Numbered from the stretch's first letter, positions 1 through 9,762 are shown. The stretch is 64,000 nucleotides of DNA from Candidatus Onthoplasma sp. (GCA_045633705.1 JAZQYV010000017.1:2916-66915), one strand, 5' to 3'. Numbers and translations are program-made. The notes: generated by a model not told the origin, from the letters alone.

Positions 1-167
1 CCTGAAAGTATGGAAAGAATAGTTGTTTTGCCGCAACCAGAAGGACCAACAATGGACACAAACTCGCCAGGATTTATGTCAAAGCTGATGTTGTCAAGAG
101 CAAGAGTTTCTCCGGCCTTGCTATGATATGTTAAGCTTAAATTTTGTACTTCGATTACTTTTGTCAT
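1..167 (-). CDS. ABC transporter ATP-binding protein (N-terminal part only; gene continues past window start)
   Basis: Reverse translation from ATG at 167: [49 protein letters not shown] (Walker A); directly downstream of the binding-protein gene on the same strand. Confidence 0.85.
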   Translation of the reverse strand, partial: MTKVIEVQNLSLTYHSKAGETLALDNISFDINPGEFVSIVGPSGCGKTTILSILS

Positions 168-197
168 AAGGTGTGTTCCTTTATATAAGGGGTTTTG

Positions 198-1226
198 TTA
201 GCTTTGTTTTACAGCGTTTGCAAATTCGGTGTTTACAGCGTCAGAATATGCAACAGTTCCAGATAACTCTCCTGCATGTGTCATAATAGTTTGTAGCATA
301 GTCCAAGAAGTTTGGTTTAACACAAAGTCGTCAGCATACGCGCCAATACGAATATAGTTGCGTACCGCTGAAACAATCAATTCATCACTTGTAGTAGTAA
401 ATGATGGTTTTAGTGCGCTTATTATTTGGGTGTCAGTGGCAATCATTAAGTAATCATAACCTTTTTGTAATGCACGCATAAACTTTTCAATCTTTTCAGG
501 GTTCTTGTTAAGGAATGAACTGGTTGATGTAAACACGGTGTATGGGATATCACTAATTTCTTCGCCAAGAGCTGAAACTATTTTGCCAGTACCATCAAGT
601 TCGCACTGGCTGGCAGTTGGTTCAAACATTGTACAATAATCGCCAGTACCAGCCACAAAACTAGGAACATTTAGGTTGTAGGCAATGGTTGTATCAAGCA
701 CAACGTCTACACCATTACCAAGAGTGCTGCCAGTGGTCAATCCGTATAGCTCTTCCAAGATGTATTGCAATGTCATTGCAGGCATTCCACCTTTACGTCC
801 GGCAATAATATGCTTACCAATAAGGTCGTTGTAACTAAATGTGCCAGTATTTTCATCAGGGCGACCAACTAGGAATGATCCATCACAAGCGGTGAGTTGT
901 GCAAATATAATAGGTGCATTTTTCATTCCTTGTTTACGGACATAAATCATACCTTCTGGGCCAAGTAAACCGATATCGGCACTTTTGCTAGTTAGGGCAG
1001 TAGTAACTGCGTCACTTCCGCCAGCATTGGTAAGCTCAATTTCAAGACCCTCATCTGCAAAGTATCCATTATTCATTGCAATATAAAGTGGGGCATAGAA
1101 CAAACTATGTGTAACTTCACTTACACGGATTATGTTATCCTTTTTGTCCTTACCACAAGCTGTAAGACCTAGGCAGACCGACAACAGCGACATTATAGCC
1201 ACCATTAAAATTGTAATTTTTTTCAT
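198..1226 (-). CDS. ABC transporter substrate-binding lipoprotein, NMT1/THI5-SsuA/TauA-like
   Basis: 342 aa; signal peptide with lipobox LTAC; periplasmic-binding-protein-like sequence pattern; GGAGG RBS upstream of ATG. Confidence 0.75.
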   Translation of the reverse strand: MKKITILMVAIMSLLSVCLGLTACGKDKKDNIIRVSEVTHSLFYAPLYIAMNNGYFADEGLEIELTNAGGSDAVTTALTSKSADIGLLGPEGMIYVRKQGMKNAPIIFAQLTACDGSFLVGRPDENTGTFSYNDLIGKHIIAGRKGGMPAMTLQYILEELYGLTTGSTLGNGVDVVLDTTIAYNLNVPSFVAGTGDYCTMFEPTASQCELDGTGKIVSALGEEISDIPYTVFTSTSSFLNKNPEKIEKFMRALQKGYDYLMIATDTQIISALKPSFTTTSDELIVSAVRNYIRIGAYADDFVLNQTSWTMLQTIMTHAGELSGTVAYSDAVNTEFANAVKQS

Positions 1227-1402
1227 TTAACCTCCTATAAATACATTGTATGAAAATATCAAAAAAGTGTGTTATTCGAATGACAAAATAGGAAAATAAA
1301 GGAAATTTTTGTCAAATGCTTTATTTTGCTTGCTAAAATTTAAATTTTGGTATATTATACACTTGTAGATTAAATTATTGGACTTATTTAAGGAGAAATT
1401 TT

Positions 1403-1969
1403 ATGAATAATTATATGCGTTATCGTGGGTTGTTTGCAGCTGAAATTGCATTGTTACCATTGATTGTTGCCTTTAAGTTGATTATTGGCACATGGGCAGT
1501 ATGTATTCCATTAATTATGATTGCTGCTTGCCGTGGTATAATGATTTTGGTTAAAAATCGTGCAAAAATAAGCGACCATATTATTGAATGTGTTGGAGAT
1601 ACAATCGTTTTAGGCTTTTTGGCAATATACTTTAGTGTACTAGGATTTATTCCTAACTGGTTGAGTATTGTGGTATGTATTTTACTTCCATTGTACGAAA
1701 TTGCAAATGTGTATTTTTATGCAAAGCCTATGAGTGATATCATTGATGCATTGGATTTTTGTTTCCTAGCATTTGTATTTACAAGCATTATATCTTTAAG
1801 CTTTGTAATGGCGATTGATGTGGTGGCAAAAGTTTCATTTATTGCAATTATGCTAACAATGGCTATAGTAATTGCCTATAAGGTTTATAGATTTATGCGT
1901 TACTATATTATCAGCCGTAAAAGCAAAATGCAAAAGCAAATAGCAAAGGCTGAAAAAGCAAAAAAATAA
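1403..1969 (+). CDS. hypothetical polytopic membrane protein
   Basis: 188 aa, about 5 hydrophobic segments, basic C-terminal tail; AGGAG RBS; terminator at 2002-2026. Confidence 0.6.
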   Translation: MNNYMRYRGLFAAEIALLPLIVAFKLIIGTWAVCIPLIMIAACRGIMILVKNRAKISDHIIECVGDTIVLGFLAIYFSVLGFIPNWLSIVVCILLPLYEIANVYFYAKPMSDIIDALDFCFLAFVFTSIISLSFVMAIDVVAKVSFIAIMLTMAIVIAYKVYRFMRYYIISRKSKMQKQIAKAEKAKK

Positions 1970-2001
1970 ATAAACAGATTAAATTAATAACAACATAAAA
2001 G

Positions 2002-2026
2002 ATGCGGGCGGTTCCGCATTTTTTGT
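2002..2026 (+). terminator. rho-independent terminator
   Basis: ATGCGG-gcggtt-CCGCAT followed by TTTTTT. Confidence 0.75.
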
Positions 2027-2157
2027 TTGATAGAAAGTATTTAAAAAATTACATTTATATTTATTTAAATAAAAATAAATAAATTTACAAAAAATAGCAT
2101 AAAAGCTTTGACTTTTTTTGTTGTAAAATGTTAAAATTATTGCAAACGGAGGGGACT

Positions 2158-5100
2158 ATGAGTTTCAAAAAGAAAATACTATTAAGTCTGTCTATTTTCT
2201 TTTCATTTTTAATTATAGCGCTGATGGGGATTGCATTTAATGCTAAAGATGCATCATTTTCAAGCCCAGCTAACAAGGCAAGCGCAAGTAATGAAGAAAA
2301 GGTTTTAGTTGTGCCAAATGAGGGGAAAAACCCTATTAAGAGTAGTTTGGATTTTGTTTATGAGCCACATGCGATGGCAGCGTCATCAACAAGCGCAACC
2401 ACTAAGGTTTATGAATTTGCATTTGGTAACACCGGCAGTCAAACAATGGGTGTTGATTTGTATACAAGATTGTCTGAGATGGTGGGAGATGGTCAGGACT
2501 TGAATGTTAACGTCTCGTATGCTACAAGTGCTACACGATTGACATCTTTTACTGACAATACAACTTCTAGCTATTCAATTTCTAAAATTGAAAGGGGAAA
2601 TACACAATATGCTTATGTAATATTATCGGTTATTGATAAAACTAAACCAGTTGATTTTACTACTTCACTTGATTGGGTGTATGGTAAACCAATTGATATT
2701 ACATGCTACATAAAAGACGATTCGGTAGGATTGGATTATCAAGAAGAATTAACTTTAATTGCATCTACCAACATATACGAATCGCTAACCAAAATCAACG
2801 TTAGAGGAGGTTATGGTGTATTAGCATATTATAGTAATGAAGAAAAAACAGATGAAATCGACTTAAACACATTGGTGTATGACGGCATTAAAGTTTACTT
2901 TAAGCTTGATACAACAGGTGAATTTAATCCATACAACAATCCTAGATGGTTTGCGTTAATGGGGCCAGATGCTGATGGTGATGGAAAAGATGATGTGCAA
3001 AAATATTATAACACTGAGCTTGCTGGTGTGGATTTTTACTACTATAGAAACTTTTTAACATCTAAAGCAGATGTGTCTCCATACTACTTTCAAGTAATAC
3101 ATGGAAACACAACAATTAAAGTTGCAACAGAAGATAATGATTACGAATCGCTAGATAAATTAGGCCAATTAATTGTCCCAGCACAATATACTTTAAAAAA
3201 TACATCACTTACAATTCCAGTTAAGAAAATAGAGTCACTTGAAGTGTATAGTATTGTGAACGACCCTAATCCAATAGCAGTATTTTCTGGTCAAAAACAA
3301 ATTACATCAATAGTAATTTCCGAAGGTATTGAAACTATTGGTTATGGTTGCTTTAATGAGTGTGATAGCTTAAGGTATATTGAAATACCAAGCTCGGTTA
3401 CATATGTAAACAGGATGGCTTTCCAATATTGTGATAATTTGGAAGAGGTTAAATTTATTCCGCGTACGGATGATACGGAAGTTGTATTAGATAAGATTGT
3501 ATTCAATCAAAATCCAAAACTATCAAAAATAACTTTGCCAAACAATCTTAAAAATATTGACAACAATTGCTTTTATAAAAATCCAAACTTGAGAACAATA
3601 GATATTCCAAACTCGGTTACGTCAATTGGAATTAATGCTTTTCAAGGTTGTTCGGTATTAACTTCGCTATATTTTGAGGAAGGCACAAACATAACTTCTA
3701 TTGGACAACAAGCATTTTATCAATGCGGAAATTTGACAAGTATAGGCTCATTTGCGTATTCGTCAGATAACTATGTAGATGAATCTACAAGGCAAACCTC
3801 AACATATGGTTTTGATATGACATACATGGGAGATCTTGAATTAATTGCGCATGCAGCATTTGCACAATCTGGACTTAATAAAGTGGTAATACCATCAACC
3901 GTATCATCTTTATCTGGAGGCAATAGCCCAGAATCAAGTGGAAAAGTTTTCCAGGAGTGTACAAAACTCGTGGAGGTTGAGTTTAAAAGCAATACTCGTT
4001 TGGACGTAATACCCATTCAAACATTCCAATATTGTGCAAGTTTGCAGGTTGTTAAACAAATTCCATTGGTGTCTACAATATGTGCGTGGGCTTTTGACAA
4101 GTGTGCATCATTGCATACTATTACAACCGTAGATGATGCTACACAATATGTTGTTAATGTTCCTGGGACTGATATTGGCAAGCAGGCATTTAGCAGTTGT
4201 ACAAAATTAACAAAAGTTGTACTTATCGGGACTCCGGAAAATATTCTACAAAACACATTTGCTAGTTGTGAAAAACTTGAAACTGTTGATTTTGGAACAG
4301 CGACGCCAGAAATGATTGATCGTTTTGCATTTGCACATTGCGATGCTTTAAAATATTCTTTAATTAATGGCACACATTATAACTATTTTAAAATTCCTGA
4401 AGGCGTTAAGTTTATTGGTCATGGTGCTTTCTATGATTCATTAGGCTTGGTAGATGTAGAGTTGCCAAGCACATTGGTTCAGTCTTTTGAAGGTTCAGCT
4501 GATGGAGAAACTAACTATGGTATTGATAGTTTTGCGTTCCAAGCGTGTTTAAATTTAAAAACTGTTACATTGCATGGTTCAAGCGCTTCAGGTTCGTTAC
4601 AAACGTTAGCATCTAGCGTGTTTAATGGTTGTACAAATCTAGAAAAGGTTGTGATACCAAATAATATTAAAACCTTAGGAAATAATTTGTTTAATGGGTG
4701 TAAAAAAATCACTCAAATTACAAATGATTCGTCAGTAAGCAATGGTGTGATTATTTTGTCAGGCACCAATGATTTGGTTATAAATCAACAAAGCTTTGCA
4801 AATTGTACAGGTTTGCAGTCTATCAATTTTGGTAGAATTCAAACAATTGGTAATAGAGCATTCCAGGGATGTGCGGGGTTAACCACTATTACACTTCCTA
4901 AAACAGTTACATCAATTGGGGCATATGCATTCCAAGATTGTACTGCATTGACCACATTAACGTATGCAAATGACACCCCTTTGACAGCTGTGTCAGAAAA
5001 TATGTTTCAGGGGTGTACATCTTTAACAACAGTTAATATTCCGGCAACTATTAAAACAATTGGGCCATGTGCTTTCTTTAATTGTTATAAATTCAATCAA

Positions 5101-6042
5101 GCAAGTATTACTGCTAACGTAACTACAATTAGAAACAATGCATTCTGGAATTGTTATGCATTGGAAAGTGTTGATTTAACCAAGGTTACAACAATTGAAA
5201 AGCGTGCATTTACATATTCTGGAATTAAATCTCTTACACTGCCTAGTAATGTAACATTTGTTGGAGATTGGGCGTTTGCATATTGTGATGCACTTACGTC
5301 TGTTGATTTCTATCAGTGTTCCGGAGATGTGTTTAGTGGATCAAATATATTTAATAGTTGTAAATCATTAACTTCGGTTACAATTTCTGAAAATATAAAC
5401 TCGTTAGGAAATAATATGTTTAGTGGCTGTTCAAATTTACGAGATGTAACGTTTGAAGAAGGGTGTCAATTAACCACAATTGCAACAAACGCATTCCGTA
5501 ATACAGCAATAACAACCATATTATTACCAGATAGCGTTACAACTATTGGTACTTGGGCATTTGCAAATTGTACTAGTTTAGTATCAATTCAAATGGATTA
5601 TGTAACAGTGATTGACCACCAAGCATTTAGCGGCTGCTCTAGTTTGGCAAACACAATTATTGAAGGCGAGACACAACAAGGCTTTATTACAACAGATAGA
5701 CTGCAATCAATTGGTTTTGGCTCGTTCCATAAATGTTCATCACTAAAAACTTTGGAATTGGGGACTGGATTAAAAACAATTAAAGGTCACAGCTTCTTAG
5801 CTTCGGGATTAACTAGTGCTAAATTTAGAACGGGTAATCATAGTTGGAAACTATATAAAACCAGTGAAGGTACACCAACAGCAACAAGTTACGGAACAAT
5901 TACTATCACAAGTGATGGTGCTAAATACAAGTATGGTTCAAGTTCTGAAATTAGCTTGGTTGTGGGTTTAACAAGCATTACAACATCAATACCAAATCAG
6001 GGTGGTGTATACGCTGTTTACCTATATTGGGAAAAGCAATAA
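2158..6042 (+). CDS. cell-surface leucine-rich-repeat protein (BspA-type LRR)
   Basis: N-terminal TM/signal anchor, ~350-aa non-repeat region, then >25 tandem ~23-aa units of the form I-x-I-P-x-S-V-T-x-I-G-x-x-A-F-x-x-C-x-x-L; start placed at ATG 2158 behind GGAGGGG RBS (track ORF opens at 2128). Confidence 0.8.
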   Translation: MSFKKKILLSLSIFFSFLIIALMGIAFNAKDASFSSPANKASASNEEKVLVVPNEGKNPIKSSLDFVYEPHAMAASSTSATTKVYEFAFGNTGSQTMGVDLYTRLSEMVGDGQDLNVNVSYATSATRLTSFTDNTTSSYSISKIERGNTQYAYVILSVIDKTKPVDFTTSLDWVYGKPIDITCYIKDDSVGLDYQEELTLIASTNIYESLTKINVRGGYGVLAYYSNEEKTDEIDLNTLVYDGIKVYFKLDTTGEFNPYNNPRWFALMGPDADGDGKDDVQKYYNTELAGVDFYYYRNFLTSKADVSPYYFQVIHGNTTIKVATEDNDYESLDKLGQLIVPAQYTLKNTSLTIPVKKIESLEVYSIVNDPNPIAVFSGQKQITSIVISEGIETIGYGCFNECDSLRYIEIPSSVTYVNRMAFQYCDNLEEVKFIPRTDDTEVVLDKIVFNQNPKLSKITLPNNLKNIDNNCFYKNPNLRTIDIPNSVTSIGINAFQGCSVLTSLYFEEGTNITSIGQQAFYQCGNLTSIGSFAYSSDNYVDESTRQTSTYGFDMTYMGDLELIAHAAFAQSGLNKVVIPSTVSSLSGGNSPESSGKVFQECTKLVEVEFKSNTRLDVIPIQTFQYCASLQVVKQIPLVSTICAWAFDKCASLHTITTVDDATQYVVNVPGTDIGKQAFSSCTKLTKVVLIGTPENILQNTFASCEKLETVDFGTATPEMIDRFAFAHCDALKYSLINGTHYNYFKIPEGVKFIGHGAFYDSLGLVDVELPSTLVQSFEGSADGETNYGIDSFAFQACLNLKTVTLHGSSASGSLQTLASSVFNGCTNLEKVVIPNNIKTLGNNLFNGCKKITQITNDSSVSNGVIILSGTNDLVINQQSFANCTGLQSINFGRIQTIGNRAFQGCAGLTTITLPKTVTSIGAYAFQDCTALTTLTYANDTPLTAVSENMFQGCTSLTTVNIPATIKTIGPCAFFNCYKFNQASITANVTTIRNNAFWNCYALESVDLTKVTTIEKRAFTYSGIKSLTLPSNVTFVGDWAFAYCDALTSVDFYQCSGDVFSGSNIFNSCKSLTSVTISENINSLGNNMFSGCSNLRDVTFEEGCQLTTIATNAFRNTAITTILLPDSVTTIGTWAFANCTSLVSIQMDYVTVIDHQAFSGCSSLANTIIEGETQQGFITTDRLQSIGFGSFHKCSSLKTLELGTGLKTIKGHSFLASGLTSAKFRTGNHSWKLYKTSEGTPTATSYGTITITSDGAKYKYGSSSEISLVVGLTSITTSIPNQGGVYAVYLYWEKQ

Positions 6043-6122
6043 TCAAGTCTTTAAAAAGATTATGCAGATTGTCTAAATGTTTAAATTTTATAATTTAAAC
6101 TGATAATAATATTTAGAAATTC

Positions 6123-6150
6123 AAAAAACTTCCATTTGGAAGTTTTTTGT
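6123..6150. terminator. bidirectional-looking rho-independent terminator
   Basis: AAAAAACTTCCA-tt-TGGAAGTTTTTT. Confidence 0.8.
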
Positions 6151-6236
6151 TTTGTAGAACACAAATTTAAAAAAGCAGGCATTAAATTTTTACTGAATAA
6201 GCATTATAAAAATATTAATAAAATATTCTTTAGAGA

Positions 6237-6265
6237 TTGACACGCTGCTTTATAGCTGTTATAAT
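6237..6265 (+). promoter_or_regulatory. sigma-70-type promoter
   Basis: TTGACA (6237-6242), 17-nt spacer, TATAAT (6260-6265). Confidence 0.7.
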
Positions 6266-6288
6266 TAAATAAAGGTTAAGGGGAAGAT

Positions 6289-8328
6289 ATGTATAGCGCA
6301 ATTGAGTCTCAAAATATAAAATTATTTGATACTGACAATAATAAAACAAAATTAAATGTATTAAAATATGCGGATAGCCGTGATTTTGTTATGATCGATG
6401 GCAAGTTGACATACATTATGCCCGAAACTATTGAAGTTGTTGGTGAAAATGCCTTTAATGGCTCAAGTGTGCAACGTGTTGTGTTTTCACCTAATTTAAA
6501 AAAGATTTGTGCTGACGCTTTTTCCGCATCGTCAATTGAAGAAGCTGTTATTCCTGATAGTGTGGTAGCCATAGATAATGGCGCATTTATATATTGCAAG
6601 CAATTAAAAAGGGTTGTTTTACCAAATAAATTACAGATGTTAAAGGCACGTACTTTTTGCGACTGTATTAGCCTTGAAACAATTGATTTTCCTTCAACAT
6701 TATTTTATATTGGAGAAAGATGTTTTGAAATAAGTGGATTAAAACATATAACAATCCCAAGCGGTGTTAAGGTTGTTGATGACGGAGCATTTACTGGTTT
6801 AAAAATTGACGAATTAAATATTGAAAGCGATAAAATTAAACTTGCAAAACAAGCATTCTATGAATGTGAAATCAAACAGCTTTCGGTTAGCGGTAGGCAA
6901 TTCAATTTTACTAACTTAGATAGATATGAAAAACATTTATGCAAGAGCTTAACAAATGTAGATCTATTGAACAAGTTAAATACATTATCAACCATGCTTG
7001 GCAAACAACATGTTCAGTATGCTTTTGCATTAGAGGTAATTAATAGTAACAAGCAAGATGAATTTAGCACGGCATACTTTAAATATTACAATCAATTATA
7101 CAAATTATATTTTGGAGACACTGCCAATGCAAAGCCTGGGTTAGTAGCAGATTTTCAAAGATTATGTTTTAACCTGGGCGTATTTGATAGAGAAGTTGCG
7201 CAAAAGCCAGCAGAGTTTTTAAAATTAGTATATCAAGAACCAACAAAAAAGATTTCCAACATTGATGAGGAAGTGGCTGAAAATGATGTGCAATATGGCC
7301 TGTCTCCACGAGATATTACTACTTTGTTTCACGCTATGAACTTAAAGGGATATAACCAAAGTTTTACTAAATTTTTTTGTACGAGAAAGATTTTTAATGG
7401 TTTGATGCATAGAGCAGGTTTTGGGCATGATTTTATTGCTCGCGTATATAATGCTTACGATGAGGTTCAAAAGTATAATGTGTCAAAGAATGCTCAACAT
7501 CGCCAACTTGCGCCTACAATAGCAAAGTTTGAGCAATATTTTTCAACATCATTTAAGGGTGCAGATAGATATCCGGATATTGCGATGGAAATGGCAAAGT
7601 TTACTGACAAGCAAGAAGATTTTGACTATGCCGTACAGATATATGAAAAATACAAGCAAATGGTTGAAGAAACCAAGCTTGTTGATGAAGAGATAAAAGA
7701 AAATGATGTGTTTGAAGCAATTGATTTTTATTCAAAGCAAATTGTTGATAATATGATAGATACGGCTACAGTGTTGGGAGAACTTGCTAGCAAAGATTAT
7801 ACTTACGAGTGGCTTGCTAAAAACGACAAGAGAAATTTGATGTTAGGCTATTATTGTTCGTGCTGTGCACATATTGCTGGTGCAGGTGAAGGAATTGCTG
7901 AAGCAAGCATAATATTGCCTAATATGCAAAATTTAGCCATTATGGATAAGCTTGGAGACATTAAAGCAAAGTCCACAATATTTGTTAATGAGGAAATGGG
8001 ATATGCAGTTTGCAATAATGTTGAGATAAATATAGATTTGTTAGGTGATGAAAAAGCAATAAAGAAAATTTATGATAAGTTTATAGTGGCAATAAACGCA
8101 TTTGTTGAAAAATATAACGCAACACATGATAAACCCATAACTGAAGTTGTTGTTGGTATGGGCAAAAACGACTTAGAACCACTGCTAAAAGATGCGCCAA
8201 GACCATCACAACTATTAAAGGCAATTGATTTTAGCAAGTATGGAAGAAAGCAATACGATGGCGATTGGCAAAAAGGACAACGCATAGTTTATTCAAGTAA
8301 AGAGGGGGAAATACTATGGATAAAATAA
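6289..8328 (+). CDS. BspA-type LRR N-terminal domain fused to ~470-aa uncharacterised C-terminal domain
   Basis: Residues ~40-200 show the same LRR unit as the upstream gene (IPDSVVAIDNGAFIYCKQLKRV...). The rest has no motif I recognise (contains GYYCSCCAHIAGAGEG). No signal peptide. Confidence 0.7.
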   Translation: MYSAIESQNIKLFDTDNNKTKLNVLKYADSRDFVMIDGKLTYIMPETIEVVGENAFNGSSVQRVVFSPNLKKICADAFSASSIEEAVIPDSVVAIDNGAFIYCKQLKRVVLPNKLQMLKARTFCDCISLETIDFPSTLFYIGERCFEISGLKHITIPSGVKVVDDGAFTGLKIDELNIESDKIKLAKQAFYECEIKQLSVSGRQFNFTNLDRYEKHLCKSLTNVDLLNKLNTLSTMLGKQHVQYAFALEVINSNKQDEFSTAYFKYYNQLYKLYFGDTANAKPGLVADFQRLCFNLGVFDREVAQKPAEFLKLVYQEPTKKISNIDEEVAENDVQYGLSPRDITTLFHAMNLKGYNQSFTKFFCTRKIFNGLMHRAGFGHDFIARVYNAYDEVQKYNVSKNAQHRQLAPTIAKFEQYFSTSFKGADRYPDIAMEMAKFTDKQEDFDYAVQIYEKYKQMVEETKLVDEEIKENDVFEAIDFYSKQIVDNMIDTATVLGELASKDYTYEWLAKNDKRNLMLGYYCSCCAHIAGAGEGIAEASIILPNMQNLAIMDKLGDIKAKSTIFVNEEMGYAVCNNVEINIDLLGDEKAIKKIYDKFIVAINAFVEKYNATHDKPITEVVVGMGKNDLEPLLKDAPRPSQLLKAIDFSKYGRKQYDGDWQKGQRIVYSSKEGEILWIK

Positions 8329-8546
8329 TCGATGAATTTATGCGCATAACGACACAATTAAATGATTGTGCGCTTCAGTTTAAAATTTTACAAAACAAAG
8401 CAATAAAGCTAAAACAATCTTTTAGAAACACGCCAAAACAATTGGCTGAAATTGTAAAACTTGAAAAAGAATTTAAAAAGCTTAATATGGTAACCTATGA
8501 TTTGAGATTAAAGGCTTCAAAGTTAAAGGTGAGTAAGCCTGAATAA
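8316..8546 (+). CDS. hypothetical small coiled-coil protein
   Basis: 76 aa; ATG overlaps the stop of the upstream gene by 13 nt behind GAGGGGG (translational coupling). Confidence 0.5.
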   Translation: MDKIIDEFMRITTQLNDCALQFKILQNKAIKLKQSFRNTPKQLAEIVKLEKEFKKLNMVTYDLRLKASKLKVSKPE

Positions 8547-8598
8547 TCAATATAGCTTGTTTACCTAGCATAATGTATTAAAATATTTATTTTAGGTA

Positions 8599-8627
8599 TT
8601 GACAAACTAATAGATGTGTGTTAAAAT
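8599..8627 (+). promoter_or_regulatory. sigma-70-type promoter with extended -10
   Basis: TTGACA, 17 nt, TGtTAAAAT. Confidence 0.65.
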
Positions 8628-8648
8628 GCAAGCATAGGAGAAGAGATT

Positions 8649-8882
8649 ATGATTAATATTTTAGGTGTTACATTCAAGGAATTTATTCAAAAAGGAAATG
8701 TTATTATTGGTATAATTTTGGCAAGTTTGGGTATTGCTTGCTGGTTGTTAGCGCCTTATGTTACAAAGGCTATACGCAAAACTGAAAATCTTAAACCAAA
8801 TGATGTATGGTTGGTTGGGCTAAAAGTGGCTGCATTAGTATCTTTATTGATTGGTATGATACTAATTGCTATACCGGTGTAA
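8649..8882 (+). CDS. small two-TM membrane protein
   Basis: 77 aa, two hydrophobic helices; GGAGAAG RBS; terminator 8889-8912. Confidence 0.55.
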   Translation: MINILGVTFKEFIQKGNVIIGIILASLGIACWLLAPYVTKAIRKTENLKPNDVWLVGLKVAALVSLLIGMILIAIPV

Positions 8883-8888
8883 TCAAAA

Positions 8889-8912
8889 AATAAGCGAAAT
8901 GCTTATTTTTTT
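8889..8912 (+). terminator. rho-independent terminator
   Basis: AATAAGC-gaaat-GCTTATT followed by TTTTT. Confidence 0.75.
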
Positions 8913-8999
8913 GTTGCTATTTTAGTGTTTTTATATTAGTTGAGTAGCAAGTGCAATTAGGTATAATATTATTAAATTATAAATTATTTTATTTAGTAG

Positions 9000-9028
9000 T
9001 TGATTTTGCTTAAAAAAGATGTTAAAAT
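9000..9028 (+). promoter_or_regulatory. sigma-70-type promoter
   Basis: TTGATT (9000-9005), 17 nt, TAAAAT (9023-9028); predicted start just before element E1. Confidence 0.55.
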
Positions 9029-9042
9029 TATATCAAGTATTG

Positions 9043-9111
9043 CGCAAAGCAAAAGCTCAACAGCTTTATAAGGCATATTGTGCCTTGTTAGGCAAAGCCT
9101 CATGCTTTGCG
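9043..9111 (+). ncRNA. candidate structured element E1 (four-way junction, 5' leader of methyltransferase gene)
   Basis: 9-bp closing stem CGCAAAGCA/TGCTTTGCG enclosing hairpins 9052-9067, 9070-9086, 9090-9100; same architecture at 49454-49532 and 52098-52168. Confidence 0.45.
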
Positions 9112-9128
9112 TCTAAAGCGAGGATTTT

Positions 9129-9728
9129 ATGCAACATTATTTTATTGAAAAACAACACAAACCAAGTGATTATTTTGAATTTGAAGATGTGGTCGAGGAT
9201 ATGAAGTTAAAATTTCGTTCTTGTGATAGTATTTTTAGTAAGGATGAAATTGATATGGGCACACAAACCCTTTTAAACACAGTATTTGATAAGCTTGACC
9301 TTTCGGGCAATGGATTAGACTTGGGTTGCGGATATGGGGTTATTGGTATTTCAATTATTAAAAAATTAGGTCTTAATTGCGACATGGTAGATGTTAATGG
9401 CACAGCAGTTGATTTAGCATTACATAACTTGATGCTTAATGGCATTAGGGCGGGGGCAAATGTGTTTAAATCAAATGGTTTTGAAAGCGTACAAAACAAT
9501 TATGACTTTATTGTAACCAATCCACCAATTAAAACAGGCAAGAAACTTTTGTTTGAACTGATGGAAGGTTGTTTTAACCACTTAAATAATGGCGGAACCT
9601 TAACACTTGTAATACGTAAGGACCACGGCGAAGAAAGCCTTAAGAAAAAGCTAATTGAATTGTTTGGCAACTGCGAAATATTAAAACGTAACAAAGGGTT
9701 TTATATATTACACTGTATTAAACAATAA
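9129..9728 (+). CDS. class I SAM-dependent methyltransferase, RsmC/RlmG-type small domain
   Basis: 199 aa; motif I LDLGCGYGVIGI; motif IV DFIVTNPPI. Confidence 0.8.
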   Translation: MQHYFIEKQHKPSDYFEFEDVVEDMKLKFRSCDSIFSKDEIDMGTQTLLNTVFDKLDLSGNGLDLGCGYGVIGISIIKKLGLNCDMVDVNGTAVDLALHNLMLNGIRAGANVFKSNGFESVQNNYDFIVTNPPIKTGKKLLFELMEGCFNHLNNGGTLTLVIRKDHGEESLKKKLIELFGNCEILKRNKGFYILHCIKQ

Positions 9729-9730
9729 TT

Positions 9731-9762
9731 AAAAAAGTAGCACTACAAAAGTGCTATTTTTT
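9731..9762. terminator. bidirectional rho-independent terminator
   Basis: AAAAAAG-TAGCAC-tacaaaa-GTGCTA-TTTTTT; A-run and T-run flank the stem. Confidence 0.75.

Noticed and set aside
1227-1402. A TPP or other riboswitch upstream of the NMT1/THI5-like binding-protein operon (minus strand).
   Set aside because: No CUGAGA/ACCUGA-type THI-box core or other conserved aptamer signature is visible on the minus strand. Only AT-rich promoter-like sequence is present.
9043-9111. E1, E2 and E3 read as tRNA or tRNA-like genes because of their cloverleaf shape and ~70-nt size.
   Set aside because: The hairpin loops are only 3-5 nt, and stem lengths are 9/6/6/4 bp. There is no T-loop (GTTCRA), D-loop or 7-nt anticodon loop, and no CCA context.
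9019-9204. A 61-aa track ORF spanning the methyltransferase leader.
   Set aside because: It starts inside the promoter spacer, runs through the E1 stem-loops and overlaps the real start at 9129 in another frame. It has no RBS.
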